This document shows, in pieces, positions 53,061 through 63,499 of a stretch of DNA of 64,000 bases. The position numbers and the translations under genes are program-made. The stretch's first letter is position 1; each line of letters opens with the position of its first letter. The notes beneath the pieces were generated by a model. The model ran no database searches and was not told where the DNA came from. It was given only the letters and a program-made list of their open reading frames with translations. The stretch is taken from assembly GCA_034521815.1 (NCBI GenBank), contig JAXHLW010000011.1, forward strand, positions 32,001-96,000. Reading direction: 5' to 3'. This DNA comes from Trueperaceae bacterium. GTDB taxonomy: Bacteria > Deinococcota > Deinococci > Deinococcales > Trueperaceae.

Positions 53061-54371
53061 ATGTCCGTCAAGAACACGTCCGTCAAGAACACGCCCGTCA
53101 AGAACAGGCCCGCCAAGAACCGTTGGCTCATCGTCCTGTCCGCCGTCGTCATCCACCTCTCCATCGGCTCGGCCTATATGTACAGCGTGTTCAAGCGACC
53201 CCTGGCCGACGCCCTGGGCTGGAGCAGCACCGAGACGTCCCTGGCCTTCACGGTCGCCATCTTCTTCCTGGGACTCTCCGCCGCCGTGTTCGGGCCGTTC
53301 GTGGAGCGACGCGGCCCCCGTGCGTCGGCGCTCGTGGCCGCCGTGCTGTTCGCCGGCGGTCACGCCATCGCGGGCGCGGCGGTGGCCGCCGGCAGCCTCT
53401 GGCTGTTCTACCTCGGTTACGGCGTCGTCGGCGGGATCGGGCTGGGGATCGGCTACATCTCGCCCGTCTCGACGCTGGTGAAGTGGTTCCCCGACCGGCG
53501 CGGCATGGCCACCGGGATGGCCGTGCTGGGCTTCGGCGCGGGCGCCCTCCTCGCCAGCCCGATCGCGGCGCGGCTGATCCAATCGGTCGGCATCTCGCAG
53601 ACGTTCTTCGTCCTGGGCGCCGTGTTCCTGGTCCTGATGGCCTCCGGGGCGAGCTACATCGCCAGGCCGCCGGAAGGCTGGGCGCCCGCCGCGGCGGCGA
53701 GCGGGACGAGGCGGACCCGGGTGACCGAGGACCTGGCCCAGCTCACCGCGCGGGAGGCCCTGCGCACGCCGCGCTTCTGGATGCTGTGGGTGATGATGTT
53801 CATCAACATCTCGGCAGGCATCATGCTGATCTCGGTGGCGTCGCCGCTGGCGCAGGAGCAGATCGGCATGACGGCCGTGGCGGCCGCGGCGATGGTCGGG
53901 CTGATGGGCCTGTTCAACGGCGCCGGGCGCATCGGCTGGGCCTCGGCGTCCGACTACCTGGGGCGCGAGAACGTGTTCATCCTGTTCTTCGCCGTGCAGC
54001 TCGCAGCGTTCCTGCTGCTGCCGATGACCTCGAACGCGCTCCTCTTCCAAATCCTGCTGTTCACGGTGCTGACGATGTACGGCGGCGGCTTCGCGTCGCT
54101 CCCCGCCTTCATCGGCGACCTGTTCGGAACGAAGCAGCTGGCCGCCATCCACGGCCTCCTGCTCACCGCCTGGTCGATGGCGGGCATCGTGGGACCGATG
54201 GTCGTGGCCTTCGTCCGGGACAGCACGGGCAGCTACGAGCTGTCGTTCTACCTGTTCGCGGGGCTGCTGCTCTTGGCCCTGGTCACGTCGCTCGGCATGG
54301 CGGCGAACCTTCGGAGCATCCGGCAGCGGAACGCGCGGACGGGCACGGAGGGGTCGCTGGTCGAGGCGTAG
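53061..54371 (+). CDS. OFA-family (oxalate/formate antiporter-like) MFS transporter
   Basis: NRWLI..HLSIGSAY, GIGYISPVSTLVKWFPDRRGMATG, YGGGFA..IHGLLLTAWS. Confidence 0.9.
   Translation: MSVKNTSVKNTPVKNRPAKNRWLIVLSAVVIHLSIGSAYMYSVFKRPLADALGWSSTETSLAFTVAIFFLGLSAAVFGPFVERRGPRASALVAAVLFAGGHAIAGAAVAAGSLWLFYLGYGVVGGIGLGIGYISPVSTLVKWFPDRRGMATGMAVLGFGAGALLASPIAARLIQSVGISQTFFVLGAVFLVLMASGASYIARPPEGWAPAAAASGTRRTRVTEDLAQLTAREALRTPRFWMLWVMMFINISAGIMLISVASPLAQEQIGMTAVAAAAMVGLMGLFNGAGRIGWASASDYLGRENVFILFFAVQLAAFLLLPMTSNALLFQILLFTVLTMYGGGFASLPAFIGDLFGTKQLAAIHGLLLTAWSMAGIVGPMVVAFVRDSTGSYELSFYLFAGLLLLALVTSLGMAANLRSIRQRNARTGTEGSLVEA
53064..53123 (+). repeat. 15-bp coding tandem repeat x4 (SVKNT SVKNT PVKNR PAKNR)
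   Basis: TCCGTCAAGAACACG x2, CCCGTCAAGAACAGG, CCCGCCAAGAACCGT. Confidence 0.9.
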
Positions 54372-54693
54372 CGGACCGCGCGCCATGCCGGCCAAGCTCG
54401 AGGCCAGAAGCGCGACGACAGCAAAGCCGCCGACCAGACATTTCAAATTGCAGGACGCCGCCTGCGCATCCCATCGCTGTGCCTCGCGCTGTCTTGCGCC
54501 TCCGGAGCGAATCCATCACGTCCTCGGACATGTCGTTGCGCGCCCAGATCCGCTCGAGCAGATCAAACCCAGATCCCGACGCAGAGCGGCCTCAGACGAT
54601 TTCGCTGTCGCGCCTGCCGGTGCAGGCCGCGCGAACCCTCACGGCCTTCCAGACCTCTTCATCGATCGTTAGCGTCGTGCGGATCTTCGCCAT
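54372..54693 (-). pseudogene. Degraded type II toxin-antitoxin locus (RHH/CopG antitoxin plus PIN-toxin N-terminal remnant)
   Basis: MAKIRTTLTIDEEVWKAVRVRAA, then in-frame TGA/indels, ..EAALRRDLG.DLLERIW; followed by MR..NVWSAALLS, like the PIN start VLDxNVLxSALL. GCATC-T-GATGC palindrome just upstream. Confidence 0.55.
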
Positions 54694-54886
54694 ACCTGCG
54701 CCATAGCATCTGATGCCGCTAGGTGAGGTCGGCACTCGCTCCCGCCGACTCCACCTGGTTCCCGGACCAGATCACCCCTCAGGTACCCGTAGCGCGTGAC
54801 GGCGTGGGCCTCTCCCGAGCTCGCGAAGGCCGATGACCTACCCCCGCCCATGTACACCGTCGATACCGCGTGCTAAGGATGCGAAC

Positions 54887-55467
54887 ATGAGACGCCTCAG
54901 CAGCAGTCCTCGTCCTGGCCCTCGCCACCGGTGCGCTGGCGCAGGGCGGCTATACGCCGAGGAGTACAGCGCCAACGCCCGCACCGCCCTGGCGCGACAG
55001 CTGTGCGACGACGAACGCGCCGACAGCGACGCGCTTCGCTCCCTCGACCCGGCCGTGTACGTGCTGCAGCTCGGAGAGCGCACGCTGCCGGCGTGCAAGG
55101 CCGTGCTGCGCCTCGACCCGCCACCCCGCCGCCGCGCACGTCCCGAAGCCCCTGCGAAGCCGTCGTCCCCGAGAGCGAGGCAGTCGTGCGGATGGAACGA
55201 GCTCGCACGATGCCCGACCAGCGTCGACGCGTATCGAGCAGCACCTGAACTACCTCCGTCACGTCACCGAGGCGGCAGGGGGCACGTTCAGCGACGTCGT
55301 CACCGACCCCGGCGAGAACGTCGCGCCCTGGACCGCGGCGGACGCCGACGCGCTCCTGTTCCGCGTCCTGGCGCCGCCCGACATGCGTGCCATCCTCGTC
55401 TTCGCCACCTACCGCGAGCCCGCGACCGGCGAGACGGAAGTTCCTCGTCACCACCCACCCGTTCTAG
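54887..55467 (+). CDS. Hypothetical secreted protein, several frameshifts
   Basis: Signal peptide-like MRRL..AVLVLALATGALAQ; coding-like segments in alternating frames ending FLVTTHPF*. Confidence 0.45.
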
Positions 55468-55792
55468 CCCGGCGCCCGCACGGCGCTGCCACACCCTCGC
55501 TGCGCCCGGCCTCGCTCGTCGTGTGCAGGACGACACCCGCCAGACCCACGTCGAAGCCGGTGTCGGTCTGGAGCACGGCGAACGGGTAACCGAGGTGCCG
55601 CATGGTGATGCGCGCCATGTGGATGCGCCATCCTCCCGTGGCCAGCATGTCGGAGGCGCAACGACTGGCGATGCGCATCGACAGAGGCACACGCCTCCCG
55701 CTACTCCTTCTTCTTCGATACGAGCGGTCATGGAAGGCCCGTCTTGCAGAGACATTGCGGACTGTCAACGGCCATTGGTTCGTGGCTCTACG

Positions 55793-56143
55793 TCACTCTT
55801 GGTGATCGTCGACCGTGAACGGCAGGTTCTGCAACTCGACGAGCCGTTCTAGGTCGTCGGCGGACTCCCACGTGTCGCGCTTGAACGCCTGATGGAAGGC
55901 ATCGATGCCGTGCGTGGAGTCACGGGCGACAGTCTGCGAACGCTCGAAATCGTTCGCGGCCATGATGCCGATCAGGTAGTCGCCGTCATCTCGACGATCC
56001 ATGAAGAAGCATTCGAGGATCACGCCTTCATCCCGAAGCGTCTCGAGCGCTTCTTCCTTGCGCCGCATGATTTCCTCGGCCCACGCCCGCACACGGTCAC
56101 CGGAGTTGGGCTTGAGTTTGATGCGAAACGCACGCGTCTCCAT
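55793..56143 (-). CDS. DUF6176-like protein
   Basis: IKLKP..RVRAWAEEI..EALETLRDEGVILECFF; locally lower GC; TAGCTT 6 nt before the ATG. Confidence 0.65.
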   Translation of the reverse strand: METRAFRIKLKPNSGDRVRAWAEEIMRRKEEALETLRDEGVILECFFMDRRDDGDYLIGIMAANDFERSQTVARDSTHGIDAFHQAFKRDTWESADDLERLVELQNLPFTVDDHQE

Positions 56144-56152
56144 GGCCTTAAG

Positions 56153-56311
56153 CTAGCACGTCACGACGATGGCCCTTCGGATGCGGCAGCCGCGGGAGCA
56201 GTACCGCACCTCGTCCCACACCCCGCGCCGACGCCACTTCCCGCGGTTGGAGAAGGGCCGCCCGCAGGCCGCGCACGTCTTCGTCTCGGTCGGCCTCGCC
56301 CGCGGCGTCAT
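56153..56311 (-). CDS. DUF2256 domain protein
   Basis: KTCAACGRPFS.R.KW..WDEVRYCSRGCR; overlaps the stop of the photolyase-like gene. Confidence 0.85.
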   Translation of the reverse strand: MTPRARPTETKTCAACGRPFSNRGKWRRRGVWDEVRYCSRGCRIRRAIVVTC

Positions 56312-57572
56312 CGCTGATCCGGCCCGACGCGTTTCCAGAAGGCGCTGAACGAGCGCGGCGCCGAGCCGTGTGGCCACCGTTGCGCGAAGGCGCGTGGGGC
56401 CGGATCGCCGGCGCCCGGCCAGTGCGCGACCGCCGGGTGCGCGCGGTGCCGCACCGCGGCCGCCTCGCCGCGCTCGGCCGCTGCGACGCGTTCTGCGAGG
56501 AGCGGCCGCGCGTCCGCGACCGCGACGCGCAGGCCGGGCACCTCGCGCGCGGCGGTCAGGACCCACGCCAGCCGATCGCGGCTCCACGGGTGCCGGGAGA
56601 ACAGGGCCGGCTCCAGCGGCAGCCAACGCTGGGCGTCGTCGTCGGCTCGCCAGGTCGGATCGAGAGCCCACGGGTGGTACGCGAGCAGCGGCCTGTCCGG
56701 GTCGAGCTGCGGCGGTGGCAGGTCCGGCAGCGTCGCCGGGCAGGTCCAGGTCCACCGGTTCGGCCAGGGCCGCGGGCACAGGACCCTCCAGGAGCTCGGA
56801 GGCCGGTCGGTCGAGGAAGGTGCCGCGTTGCTCGTGGTCAGAGAAGCGGTCGAGGTTCGCCTGATTCGCGAGGTAGGGCTTGTGCGAGCCGGTGCCCGCG
56901 ACCCACTGCCACGACAGCGTGTTGGAGGCGAGGTCGCCGTCGAGCAGGTGGAAGAAGAACCAGGACGCTCCGGCGCGCCAGTCCGCGCCGGCCACGTGAC
57001 ACGCCCACGCTGGCCAGCCACATGCGCGCGTGGTTGTGAACGTAGCCGCCTTGCACCAACGCCCGGACGGCGTCGTCGAGAGCGTCGATCCCCGTGCTGC
57101 CCTCGACGATCGCTCGGGGCAGGCGGCGCGGATGGAACGCGGCGCTCCGGCGCGGCTGCGGCCCGAACCGGTCGGTGAAGATCGAGCGCCCCTCGCGCTC
57201 GTAGACCAGCTGGAAGAACTCCCGCCAGGCGAGCTCTTGCGCGAACTTCCCGGCGGCGTCCGGTGCGGCGATCTGCAGAACGTCCGGTGCGCTCGCCAGA
57301 CCGTGCGTCAGGTACGGGGAGAGACGCGACACCGCGCCGCGCAGATGGTTCCGCGTCCGCGCATACGTGGACGGATCGACCGCACGCGCCCGCTCCAGCG
57401 CGGCGGCACGCGTGGGCGGGAACGCGGCCGCGACGTCCGGCCGGAGGGCCAGCTCGGAGGCGGACACGCGCGAGGGAGCGCTCGAGGTAGCGCTTCGAGA
57501 ATGGCCGCGGTCGGCGGGCCACGCCGTGGGCGCGCATTCAGTCGTCAGCGCCGCAGTCGCGTCGGCGCTCAC
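56308..57572 (-). CDS. Photolyase/cryptochrome-family FAD-binding protein with the FAD domain at the N-terminus, frameshift near 57000
   Basis: YARTRN..AVSRLSPYLTHG, QELAWREFF, GYVHNHARMWLAS, HLLDGDLASNTLSWQWVAG; C-terminal alpha/beta-like segment. Confidence 0.85.
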
Positions 57573-57741
57573 GCGACGGCAGGATGAAGCTCGGAGGTCG
57601 ACGCCGCCGTGCCCCTGGCCCGCGAACCCCCAACATCCGCTCGATCACGAGGCAAGGTGCAGTGCGTGCGTAATGGGCGTGCAATGGGCGTCTCCGTACT
57701 CTCCCTCCACGACGCGCACGCGTCGCGGGAGGGAGCGCCTG

Positions 57742-58052
57742 ATGAGCGTGAGGAAGCGCATCGTCCGCACGATCGTCCTGGGTCTCGTGGGAACGACCCT
57801 GGCGTTCGCGCATCCGACCGACCCCGGCGTCGGCAGCCCCAGCAACCTGTCGGAGATGCAGCAGGAGAGCTTGCGTTCGTGCGGTACCGGATCGCGCGAG
57901 CGGCTACCAGAACTCGACTCCGTCCAGGCACGCACGCTGACCGGCGAGGAGGAGATCGGCAGGAGAAGATGTCCGCCAAGGCGTTCATGATCTTCGACCA
58001 GCGAGGCGTTCTTACAGACGCCGATCTCGCAGACGGCGACCTCGCAGACTAG
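57742..58052 (+). CDS. Small hypothetical secreted protein, frameshifted
   Basis: RBS GGAGGGAG; signal peptide MSVRKRIVRTIVLGLVGTTLAFA. Confidence 0.45.
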
Positions 58053-58140
58053 CGGCCGCCGCCCGAGAACGAGAGCCCCAGGATCCCTGCGGCTCTCGTT
58101 CTCATGCGGCCGACGACGCGGACGCGAACGCCCGGACCCC

Positions 58141-59167
58141 TCAGCGAGGCACGAACGCGAGCCAGCGCCGGGGGTTCCTCGTCGGTGAGGGTATGCACGT
58201 CGTCCTCGCTGAGCCCCTCGGCCAGGAGCATCTCTCGCACCCGCACGGGGACGTGCGCGAGCCCGGGCGCGCCGACGTGGCCGTAGCCGGGCCAGTACGA
58301 CCTGCGTGCGAGGTCGCCGCTCAGCACGATCCGGTCCAGGAGCCCCTCGGCGGCGAGCCCCACGACGACCCGCACGCGCTCCTCGTCGCTCAGGTACTTC
58401 TCCTTCGACCACTGGTCCAGCCCGAGGTGAACGCCGACGTCGGCGATCTCGAGCAGGTAGGGCAGCTCCGGCCGGAAGTCGAGGTGGCCGATCAGGACGG
58501 CCCTCGGCTCGACGCCGGCGTCGCAAAGGAAGCGCGCCTGCTCGAGAGCCCAGTCGGCCTTCTCCGTGTGCGTGCCGATGGGGGCGCCCGTCGCGAGGTG
58601 CGCGGCCGCGGCCGCGCGCGAGCCCACGTCGTTCTCCGTCGCTGGGACCGCCCGCACCGCTGGACCCCTTGATCAGTCCCGGCGCGCGCGGTCGATCGTT
58701 CGTCCGGAGCATCGCCGCCGGAGAGGTCCAGCTCGGCCGGCGGACGGTAGAGAAGCATCCCGCTGCGCACCTCCGTCACCATCCACGCCACGATCTCGTC
58801 GTCGCGGTGGCGGCCGACGATCCCGTCCGCGAAGCGGCCCTTGTCGAAGCCGGTGGCGGCCACGATGCGGACGCCGCTCGCCTCCGCCAGCCGGGCGAGG
58901 GCACCCGCGTCGCGTCCGTAGTCCACCGTCGTCATCTCGACCGACGGCGCCGCCGCCGGCGCGGCGGAAGGAGGCCAGCTCGCGGACCGCGGCCTCCTCG
59001 TCATCCAGGTGCAGGTCCTCGTCCGTCACGATGGCGGGCGGGCGGGCGATCAGGTGCTCGTGGCCCAAAACGAGCCCCAGCTCGGTGGGCGACACGTCGC
59101 CCAGGACGGTCCGCACGACGGGCGTGCGCGTCCCACCGGGCGTGGCCCGCACGGCCTCGCCCGTCAC
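58141..59167 (-). CDS. Phosphotriesterase-family (amidohydrolase) protein, frameshifted
   Basis: VRTVLGD..GHEHL, DYGRD, VAATGF, GLIK, GTHTE, IGHLD, LSGD metal-ligand motifs. Confidence 0.85.
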
Positions 59168-60461
59168 AGCAGCGCCCCTAGCTCGAGCAGCCGCTCGCGC
59201 AGGAGGGCCACGTCCACGTCTCGTGGCGAGCCGTCGCCCGCGAGCGCGGCAGCGACGCCCGCCGCCTGCCCCATCGCCAGGCACTGCCCGATCGAGCGCA
59301 CCGAGGCGTGGGCGTCGTGCGACGCGGAGAGGCAGCGACCGGCCACGACCACCCCGTCGACGCCGCGCGGCAGCAGGCAGCGGTAGGGGATGTCGTACGT
59401 CTCGCCGTCGGGCAGGTACTCCCAGCGCGTGTCGCCGCCGGCATGATGCTCCTCGATGGGGGCGCCGCAGCGGGCGATGCGCGTCGCTCGAAGCTGGCGG
59501 CGCTCAGGACGTCCTCGCTCGTGAGCCAGTACTCGCCGCGGATGCGTCGGCTCTCGCGCACGCCGATCTGCACGGCGAGGCCCATCATCTCGGCCTGCTC
59601 GTAGCCGGGGATCCGGTCGCGCAGGAAGCGCGCGTACTCGAACGCCTGCCTTCGTCCCTCCCGCTCCGCGCGGCTCAGGGCGTCCGGGTCGGTGGCGTCC
59701 ACCCCGGCGACGCGCGTCATGTTCGTGTGCATGACGCCGGCGAACGGCGTCACGTGCGACGAGCCCTCGCGACGGGGCAGCTCGTAGTCACCGCTCTGGG
59801 CCGCCTCCCGCATGCGCGCCCACAGCTGGTCCTTCGGCAACGCCTTCGCCCGCTGGACGTCGACGTTGATCATGCGGAAGGTGGTGGTGAGCGATTGCGC
59901 GGTGCCCGCCGCGCCGGCGTCCTCGAGCTCGCCGCCGGCCCGGGCGACCACGTCGGCGTCCCCCGAGGCGTCGACCACGGCGCGCGCCCGGACCACCCGC
60001 AGCCCCTGCTTCGTGGCCACGATCGCCCCCACGGCCCGGCCGGCCTCCAGCAGCACGTCCGTGAACAGGACGTGGTGCAGCACGTGCACGCCCGCCTCGG
60101 CGGTGAGCTCGTCCCAGACGAGCTTCAGGGTGTCCGGGTCGTACGTCAGCCCGGCCCCCGCGCCGTAGGTGTTGGGGCGCTTGAGCAGGGTGCCGCGGCG
60201 GCGCAGGCCGTCCACCACCCGGTCCGGGACGCCGCCGACGACCTTCCTCTCGACCTTGCCGGGCGTGTAGAAGCCGTAGAAGGTATCGAGCACCATCGCC
60301 CCGGTGCCGCCGAGGAAACCGTAGCGCTCGATCAGCAGCACGTCGGCCCCCTGCTCCGCGGCGGCGACGGCGGCGGCGGAGCCGGCAGAGCCGCCGCCGA
60401 CCACGAGCACGTCGCAGGCGTGCACCTCGGGAATCGCGACGCGGTAGTCCAGATTCGTCAT
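59164..60461 (-). CDS. FAD-dependent oxidoreductase (FAD_oxidored type), frameshift near 59480
   Basis: DVLVVGGGSAG, IERYGFLGG, VDASGDAD, IGVRESRRI, YDIPYRCL, AGRCLSA, MGQAAG. Confidence 0.88.
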
Positions 60462-60484
60462 CGTGGCTCCTCTCATCCCGACAC

Positions 60485-61252
60485 TCATCCCGACACGCTC
60501 CAGCCGCCCGCCACCTCCAGCTGGGTTCCGGTGACGAAGCGAGACGCGTCGGAGGCGAAGTAGAGCGCCGCCTCCGCGACGTCGTCCGCCTGGCCGGGAC
60601 CTGCGGCGAGGGGCTGGCGCCGCTCCAGGTAGCTCACGATGGCGGGGTCCTCCTGGGCGCGCCTGCTCATCGGCGTGGCGATGAGGCCGGGCGCGACGGC
60701 GTTGACGCGGATGCCGAAGCGGGCGTAGTAGGAGGCCATCGAGCGGGTCAGGGCGAGGATCGCCCCTTTCGAGGCGGCGTAAGCGTGGGTGGCGAAGTGC
60801 TCCGAGTTCGGCGCGTAGGCGAGGACGGAGGCGGTATTGACGATCGCGCCCCCGCGACGCTCCACCATGGGGCGCAGGGCTGCGCGGCACATCAGGAAGG
60901 TCGAGCGGGCGTTGCTGTCCATCACCATGTCCCAGCCCTCGGCGCTGGCCTCGTGCGTGGGCCCGTCGCCGAAACGGCGGCCGGAGAGGCCGGCGACGTT
61001 GACCAGGACGTCCAGTCGGCCGAAGGCGTCCAGCGCCTCGCGCACCACCGCGTCGCACACGGCTTCGTCCCGCAGGTCGCCGGTGGATCCGTGCAAGCCG
61101 GCGTGCTGCTCGGTGAGCCCCTCGACGCGCGCCGGGTCCTTGTCGACGATCCAGACGCTCGCGCCCTCCGCCAGGAACCGGCGCGCCGTCGCGGCACCGA
61201 TTCCGGACGCGCCGGTGACGATCGCCGCCCGCCCCGTGAGGTCAGCCGCCAT
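60485..61252 (-). CDS. SDR family oxidoreductase
   Basis: TGASGIG, VNVAG, YAASK, RVNAVAPG. Confidence 0.92.
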   Translation of the reverse strand: MAADLTGRAAIVTGASGIGAATARRFLAEGASVWIVDKDPARVEGLTEQHAGLHGSTGDLRDEAVCDAVVREALDAFGRLDVLVNVAGLSGRRFGDGPTHEASAEGWDMVMDSNARSTFLMCRAALRPMVERRGGAIVNTASVLAYAPNSEHFATHAYAASKGAILALTRSMASYYARFGIRVNAVAPGLIATPMSRRAQEDPAIVSYLERRQPLAAGPGQADDVAEAALYFASDASRFVTGTQLEVAGGWSVSG

Positions 61253-62033
61253 AGACGACCTTCACCCGGTCACGATAGTCGTCGTAGCTCTCCTCGAAGC
61301 GGCGGGCCGAGGCCTCGGCCCCCATCTCGTAGGCGGACGCCAGCACCAGGGGCGGCTGGCCGAGGGCGGCGAGGCGCTCCGCGACCAGCACCTTCAGGCA
61401 GTTGACGACGGCGGTGTTGCCGATCGTCGAGCCGGGACCCACCCGGACGTCGACACCGGGAACGTCCACCATGCTGTCGCCCGGAACGGCGCAGTTGTCG
61501 ATCGTCAGGTCGGCGATGTCCTCGAGCATGAGGCCCGAGCTGTGTTCGCTCTCCAGCACCTTGGCGTACTCGCGTGCCAGCACCGCGACGACCTTGAGCC
61601 CGCGCCGCTTGGCACCGAGCGCGACGTCGAGGACGACGCCCTTGTTCCCCGAGGTGGAGAACACGATCATGACGTCCCGCTCCCGGAACACGAAGTTGCG
61701 GAGGATGGGCTCGCCCAGGCCCTCCATCCGTTCGATCGCCATCGCCTGCCGCTGCCCGTTCGCACCGACGACCTGGTGATGGTTGGTGAGCGACAGCTCG
61801 ACGATCGGGTGGAAGCCCGGGAAGGAGCCGTAGCGCGGGAAGACCTCCTCGACCGCCATGCGGGAGTGCCCGGAGCCGAACAGGTGGACCAGGCCGCGCC
61901 CTGCGATGCAGTCGGCGCACCACTCGGCCGCCTGGCGGATCCTGGGCAGCTCGTGGTCCCGCACCCGGGCGAGGATGTTCTCTGCCTCGCGCAGGTACGT
62001 CAGGGCGACGTCGGGGCGTTCGCTGTCGGTCAT
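61242..62033 (-). CDS. SIS (sugar isomerase) domain protein
   Basis: VHLFGSGHS, FSTSGN, IDN..GD, GPGSTI. Confidence 0.85.
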   Translation of the reverse strand: MTDSERPDVALTYLREAENILARVRDHELPRIRQAAEWCADCIAGRGLVHLFGSGHSRMAVEEVFPRYGSFPGFHPIVELSLTNHHQVVGANGQRQAMAIERMEGLGEPILRNFVFRERDVMIVFSTSGNKGVVLDVALGAKRRGLKVVAVLAREYAKVLESEHSSGLMLEDIADLTIDNCAVPGDSMVDVPGVDVRVGPGSTIGNTAVVNCLKVLVAERLAALGQPPLVLASAYEMGAEASARRFEESYDDYRDRVKVVYGG

Positions 62034-62257
62034 GGGTCCTCCCTTTCGCCCGGCGTCCGCGCCGACGGTCGTCGCTGTCCGTGCAGGGGACGACGTCGGC
62101 GCTGGACATCCAGTGGTCCGTACCACTATACTCGCCCGGACGACGAAGCGACGCACCCGTCGAGGCGTTGCCGCGCGCACGCCCGATGGGGACGCGACCG
62201 ATCCGCCTGTCGCGCCCTCGGCCGGACGAGGGTCGGCAGGGTGCCCGAGGGAGCGCA

Positions 62258-62368
62258 ATGGACTTCGGCATCGCGGAGGAGCGAGTGCACGCCGACGAGG
62301 TGGCGCCGCCCTTCCAGGACCCCGTGCAGTACCGGATCCACCGCCTCGAGACGGACGCCTCGTCGTGA
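62258..62368 (+). CDS. 36-aa ORF overlapping the Gfo/Idh/MocA start (small protein or gene remnant)
   Basis: GAGGGAG SD, MDFGIAEERVHADEVAPPFQDPVQYRIHRLETDASS, GTGA overlap with the next gene. Confidence 0.35.
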   Translation: MDFGIAEERVHADEVAPPFQDPVQYRIHRLETDASS

Positions 62369-63493
62369 GCGAGGTCGACGCCTACGGCCTGAGCGAGCGC
62401 GGGGCCGCCAGCGAGGTGCCCGCTCCCCAGCTCGACTACCAGCCGCCGCGACCGCGCGACGTGGGACGCGGCATCGGCCTGATCGGCTGCGGAGGCATCG
62501 CCGCGCACCACCTGAACGCCTACCGCCAGGCGGGCTTCCGCGTCGTGGCGCTGTGCGACCGCGACCCAGGGAAGCTCGAAGCCCGCCGCCGAGAGTTCTT
62601 CCCAGACGCCGCGACCTACCTCGGTGCAGACGACCTGCTGGCGGACGACGCGGTGGAGGTGGTCGATGCGACCCCCCACCCCGGCGATCGCGCGATCCTG
62701 ATCGAGGACGCGCTGAGGGCCGGCAAGCACGTCCTCAGCCAGAAGCCGTTCGTGACCGACCTGGACCTCGGGGAGCGCCTCGCGGATCTCGCCGGGGAGC
62801 GGGACCGGAAGCTGGCGGTCAACCAGAACGGGCGATGGGCGCCGCACTTCTCCTACGCCCGCGCGGCGGTGCGGGAAGGTCTCCTCGGCCCGCTCTCGAG
62901 CATCGACGTCTCGCTGCACTTCGACCACAACTGGACCGCCGGAACGCCGTTCGAGCGGATCCACCACCTGATCCTCTACGACTTCGCGATCCACTGGTTC
63001 GACATCGTTCAGGTGCTCGTCGGGGAGCCGGCCCAGCGGGTGACGGCCAGCGTGCACCGTTCGCCGACGCAGCGCGCGCGGCCGCCGCTGCTCGCGCACG
63101 CCCTCGTGGACTTCGGGAGCGCCCAGGCGACGCTGGCCATGAACGGCGACACCCGGCTCGGTCAGAGCGACCGCACGGTGATCGCGGGCTCGCACGGGAC
63201 GCTGGCGAGCGAAGGGCCCGACCTGAACGAGCAGCGCGTCACCCTCTTCCGCGAAGACGGCTACGCACGGCCCGCTCTGCACGGGGCCTGGTTCGACGAC
63301 GGCTTCCGCGGCGCCATGGCCGAGCTGCTGTGCGCGATCGAGGAGGACCGCACACCCGAGAACGACGCCCGAGCCAACCTGGACAGCCTGGCGCCTGTGC
63401 TTCGCGGCCATCGCCAGCGCAGACGCCGGGGAGCCGAGGCGTCCCGGCCAGGTCCGCAGCCTCCCGGCCAGCGTGTTCAGCGCCGGAGGGTGA
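62365..63493 (+). CDS. Gfo/Idh/MocA family oxidoreductase, frameshift near 63395
   Basis: IGLIGCGGIA, KHVLSQKP, VNQNGRWAP, YDFAIHWFD. Confidence 0.9.
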
Positions 63494-63499
63494 AGTCCG

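Noticed and set aside
55448-55768. 106-aa minus-strand ORF downstream of the DUF6176-like gene
   Set aside because: No family motif or convincing start; it may be a remnant but cannot be supported.
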